A stretch of DNA of 31,242 bases from assembly GCA_044356215.1 (NCBI GenBank), contig JBIKWQ010000037.1, positions 1 to 31,242 on the forward strand, read 5' to 3'. How positions within the stretch are numbered: position 1 is the stretch's first letter; every line of letters begins with the position of its first letter. Position numbers and translations under genes: made by a program. This document shows, piece after piece, positions 29,293 through 31,242 of the stretch. Under the pieces are notes generated by a model. It did no database searches, was not told where the DNA came from, and saw nothing but the letters and a program-made list of their open reading frames with translations. The stretch comes from Bdellovibrionota bacterium (GTDB taxonomy: Bacteria; Bdellovibrionota_C; UBA2361; OMII01).

Positions 29293-30357
29293 CTAGTTAG
29301 CCGCAACCCGCGTCATAGCATCGCTGTACGCAGAGTCGTGAGCCCCTTTGGCATATCGAGCTTTAACCGCGGGGATCAAGTATTCCGCGAATCCCTGCTC
29401 AAACCCATAAACTGGGCACCAACCAAAGTCCTGACGTGCGCAGGAATCATTCACATCTGACGGCCAACTATCAACGATTGACTGCCTAAGTGGATTGATA
29501 GCATAAGTCACCGCGGTCATCGGAAAGTACAGGCCCACCAGATCCGCTATCTCTCTCGCGCTAGGAGCAAATCCGCCCACGTTGTATACGCGTTGTTTTA
29601 GAGCCTCGCGCGGAGCTTGGCTGAGCATCACGATCGCTCTAATGGCATCCGGCATCATCATAAATGGAAGTCTTGTATCAGGTCTCACAAAACATGAGTA
29701 AGGCACACCCTGAGCCGCCGCATGAACCATCTCAGAGGCGTAGTCACTTGTTCCACCTGTTGGCACCGTATGCGCACTGATAAGACCAGGGAATCTCACC
29801 GCCCTAAAGTCAACGCGTACTCTATTCTCAACTCCCTCGAGCATCCCGAAATTCTCTGAGTAGTAACGTCCAAGGGACTCACAGTAGAGCTTGTTGGCGC
29901 CGTACATCGTAATCGGATAGAGAGCTTGAGATTCGGAAATAGCGCCTAATTCATTCTTAAGCTCCAAAGAGGAGACTCCGTAGGCTGCTATGGTGCTCGT
30001 GAATACGAGTGTTACTGGAGTGCCGCGTGCCTCCGATTGAGCCCGCGCCAATTCAAGTATATTTAAAGAGCCCGTCACATTAACGTCGTGCGCCTTAAGT
30101 GGAGCGCGCTCGCCACCTGAAGAGAGGATACCGGCAAGATGAAATATGACGTCAAACTGCTTGTTGCTAGAGATGGTCTGAACTGCGTCGCGGCTGGATA
30201 TATCCCCGAGCTCAATGCGCGAACAAACATTAGCAACCTCAGGAGAAGGAGGCCGCAGATCGAAGCCAGTTACAGAATAACCACCGATACGCGCTAGGTA
30301 CTGCGCTAAACTACTGCCTACCTCTCCAGCAACGCCGGTAATCAGAACCTTCTTCAT
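29293..30357 (-). CDS. SDR-type (GalE-like) L-threonine 3-dehydrogenase
   Basis: GVAGEVG, HLAGILS, YGANK and the PTGGTSDY signature; lies 19 bp upstream of kbl; GGAGG RBS. Confidence 0.85.
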   Translation of the reverse strand: MKKVLITGVAGEVGSSLAQYLARIGGYSVTGFDLRPPSPEVANVCSRIELGDISSRDAVQTISSNKQFDVIFHLAGILSSGGERAPLKAHDVNVTGSLNILELARAQSEARGTPVTLVFTSTIAAYGVSSLELKNELGAISESQALYPITMYGANKLYCESLGRYYSENFGMLEGVENRVRVDFRAVRFPGLISAHTVPTGGTSDYASEMVHAAAQGVPYSCFVRPDTRLPFMMMPDAIRAIVMLSQAPREALKQRVYNVGGFAPSAREIADLVGLYFPMTAVTYAINPLRQSIVDSWPSDVNDSCARQDFGWCPVYGFEQGFAEYLIPAVKARYAKGAHDSAYSDAMTRVAAN

Positions 30358-30426
30358 TTAAGCCTCCAGGTAAATAGACCGGAAGGAAGGTACCACAGAC
30401 CCGTTTCTTAACAAAGTGCCACGCGA

Positions 30427-30462
30427 TGCCGCATATTAAGCTAAGTAGCTGAATATGCGGCA
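30427..30462 (-). terminator. Long stem-loop after the small secreted protein gene
   Basis: TGCCGCATATT-a-AGCT-aagt-AGCT-g-AATATGCGGCA, 8 bp past the stop codon; no strong U-tract. Confidence 0.6.
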
Positions 30463-30470
30463 CATGTTAA

Positions 30471-30773
30471 TTAGTGAGCGTGGGCAGCGGCCTCGTTGGC
30501 CTTGGCTGCAGCATTGTTTACAGCAGCGGCGGCACCATCCTGGGCGTTCTTTGCTACTGCTGCCTTCTTAGCCTCTCCGGCATTCTTCGCTGCATCTAAT
30601 CGATCGAGTGCTCCCTTGATCTCTTTTTGAGCTCCGTCCATGACAGCCTCAGCCTGCTTGACCCCCGCATCCGCTTGTTGAGCAGCACCGGCAGCCATTG
30701 CAGCGGCACCATCTTGAGCTTGGGCGACGAATAAAGGGGCAAGTATAACAGCGAGTAGAGCTAGCTTTTTCAT
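30471..30773 (-). CDS. Small secreted Ala-rich hypothetical protein
   Basis: Sec signal MKKLALLAVILAPLFVAQA, GGAGG RBS, AQDGAAA present twice. Confidence 0.8.
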   Translation of the reverse strand: MKKLALLAVILAPLFVAQAQDGAAAMAAGAAQQADAGVKQAEAVMDGAQKEIKGALDRLDAAKNAGEAKKAAVAKNAQDGAAAAVNNAAAKANEAAAHAH

Positions 30774-30857
30774 GGGAAGCCTCCGTAAAAAATAGGATGG
30801 ACGAACCCTAACACAAAGTGGGGCGGTGAGCCTATATAGAATCTGCTAGAGGGAACT

Positions 30858-30883
30858 CGTAGATTTCACTCGATATCGCAATG
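30858..30883. repeat. Degenerate IS30-type terminal inverted repeat
   Basis: CGTAGATTTCACTCGATATCGCAATG matches 31117-31142 at 17/26 in the same orientation. Confidence 0.5.
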
Positions 30884-31116
30884 CCATCTGCCGCTGGGTT
30901 GTAGTCAGTTCAATTGCCTTGTGTATCAGCTGAGGGCTGCTTCCTCACAGGATGGCGCCCCGAATCCCGAATCTCCGCCGCAATCGATTGATCTTACACA
31001 CCGAACCTGTAGATCGCCTGTTAAGCATGAACTCTGAGAGAAGACTTTGCACTGCGTGCCGTTGAAACTAATTCGGTATGGCAACGGTTCCTCAATACAA
31101 AGGCCAGAATGGACAT

Positions 31117-31242
31117 GGTAGATTCAACTCCGAAACGCAACACCTAGAATGCGTATCGCATCTAGGTAGTTATGGAAGATTCAAAAGGACAGTTAGGTGT
31201 GGCCGAAAGGCGAGTGATTTGGAAGTATCGGAAGCTTGGATA
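31117..31242 (+). mobile_element. Left end of an IS30-family insertion sequence, running off the window
   Basis: GGTAGATTCAACTCCGAAACGCAACA matches the E. coli IS30 IRL as I recall it (TGTAGATTCAATTGGTCAACGCAACA) at 20/26, and is followed by an IS30-like ORF start. Confidence 0.75.
31172..31242 (+). CDS. N-terminus of a probable IS30-family transposase (partial)
   Basis: MEDSKGQLGVAERRVIWKYRKLG resembles the IS30 N-terminal HTH pattern QLxxxERxxIxxxxxxG. It starts 30 bp after the IR and stays open to the window edge. Confidence 0.65.
   Translation, partial: MEDSKGQLGVAERRVIWKYRKLG

Noticed and set aside
30825..30858. IS30 IR-IR junction
   Set aside because: Only GAATCT matches the inverted end, and the spacing is not the 2 bp expected of an IS30 junction.

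Overview
A gene-dense bacterial chromosomal window, mostly housekeeping genes, with mobile-element signals at both ends and inside. Left to right: the 3' end of a probable HUH/Y1 (RAYT-like) transposase with a nearby REP-like inverted repeat; a two-gene Fe3+/thiamine-type ABC importer whose substrate-binding domain is fused to a double permease; a SNF2 ATPase with a tandem N-terminal HARP-like repeat; a small lipoprotein and a membrane protein; an alpha/beta hydrolase, an acyl-CoA dehydrogenase and argH; prfC; then slyD, yheU-like, Zn-peptidase, ATP-grasp ligase and DUF3592-like genes. That last block is bracketed by two inverted copies of a 183-bp non-coding, nearly fully palindromic MITE, each with its own 4-bp YTAR target duplication (IS5-like). 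Next come an SDR epimerase, radC divergent from a DNA2/NAM7-like SF1 helicase with a degenerate PLD-like tail, acs, a DEAD-box helicase with a long RG-rich tail, a threonine dehydrogenase-kbl pair and a small secreted protein. The window ends with an IS30-type inverted repeat and transposase start that the ORF track missed. No rRNA, tRNA or CRISPR array was seen. All calls come from reading motifs by eye; no database searches were run.
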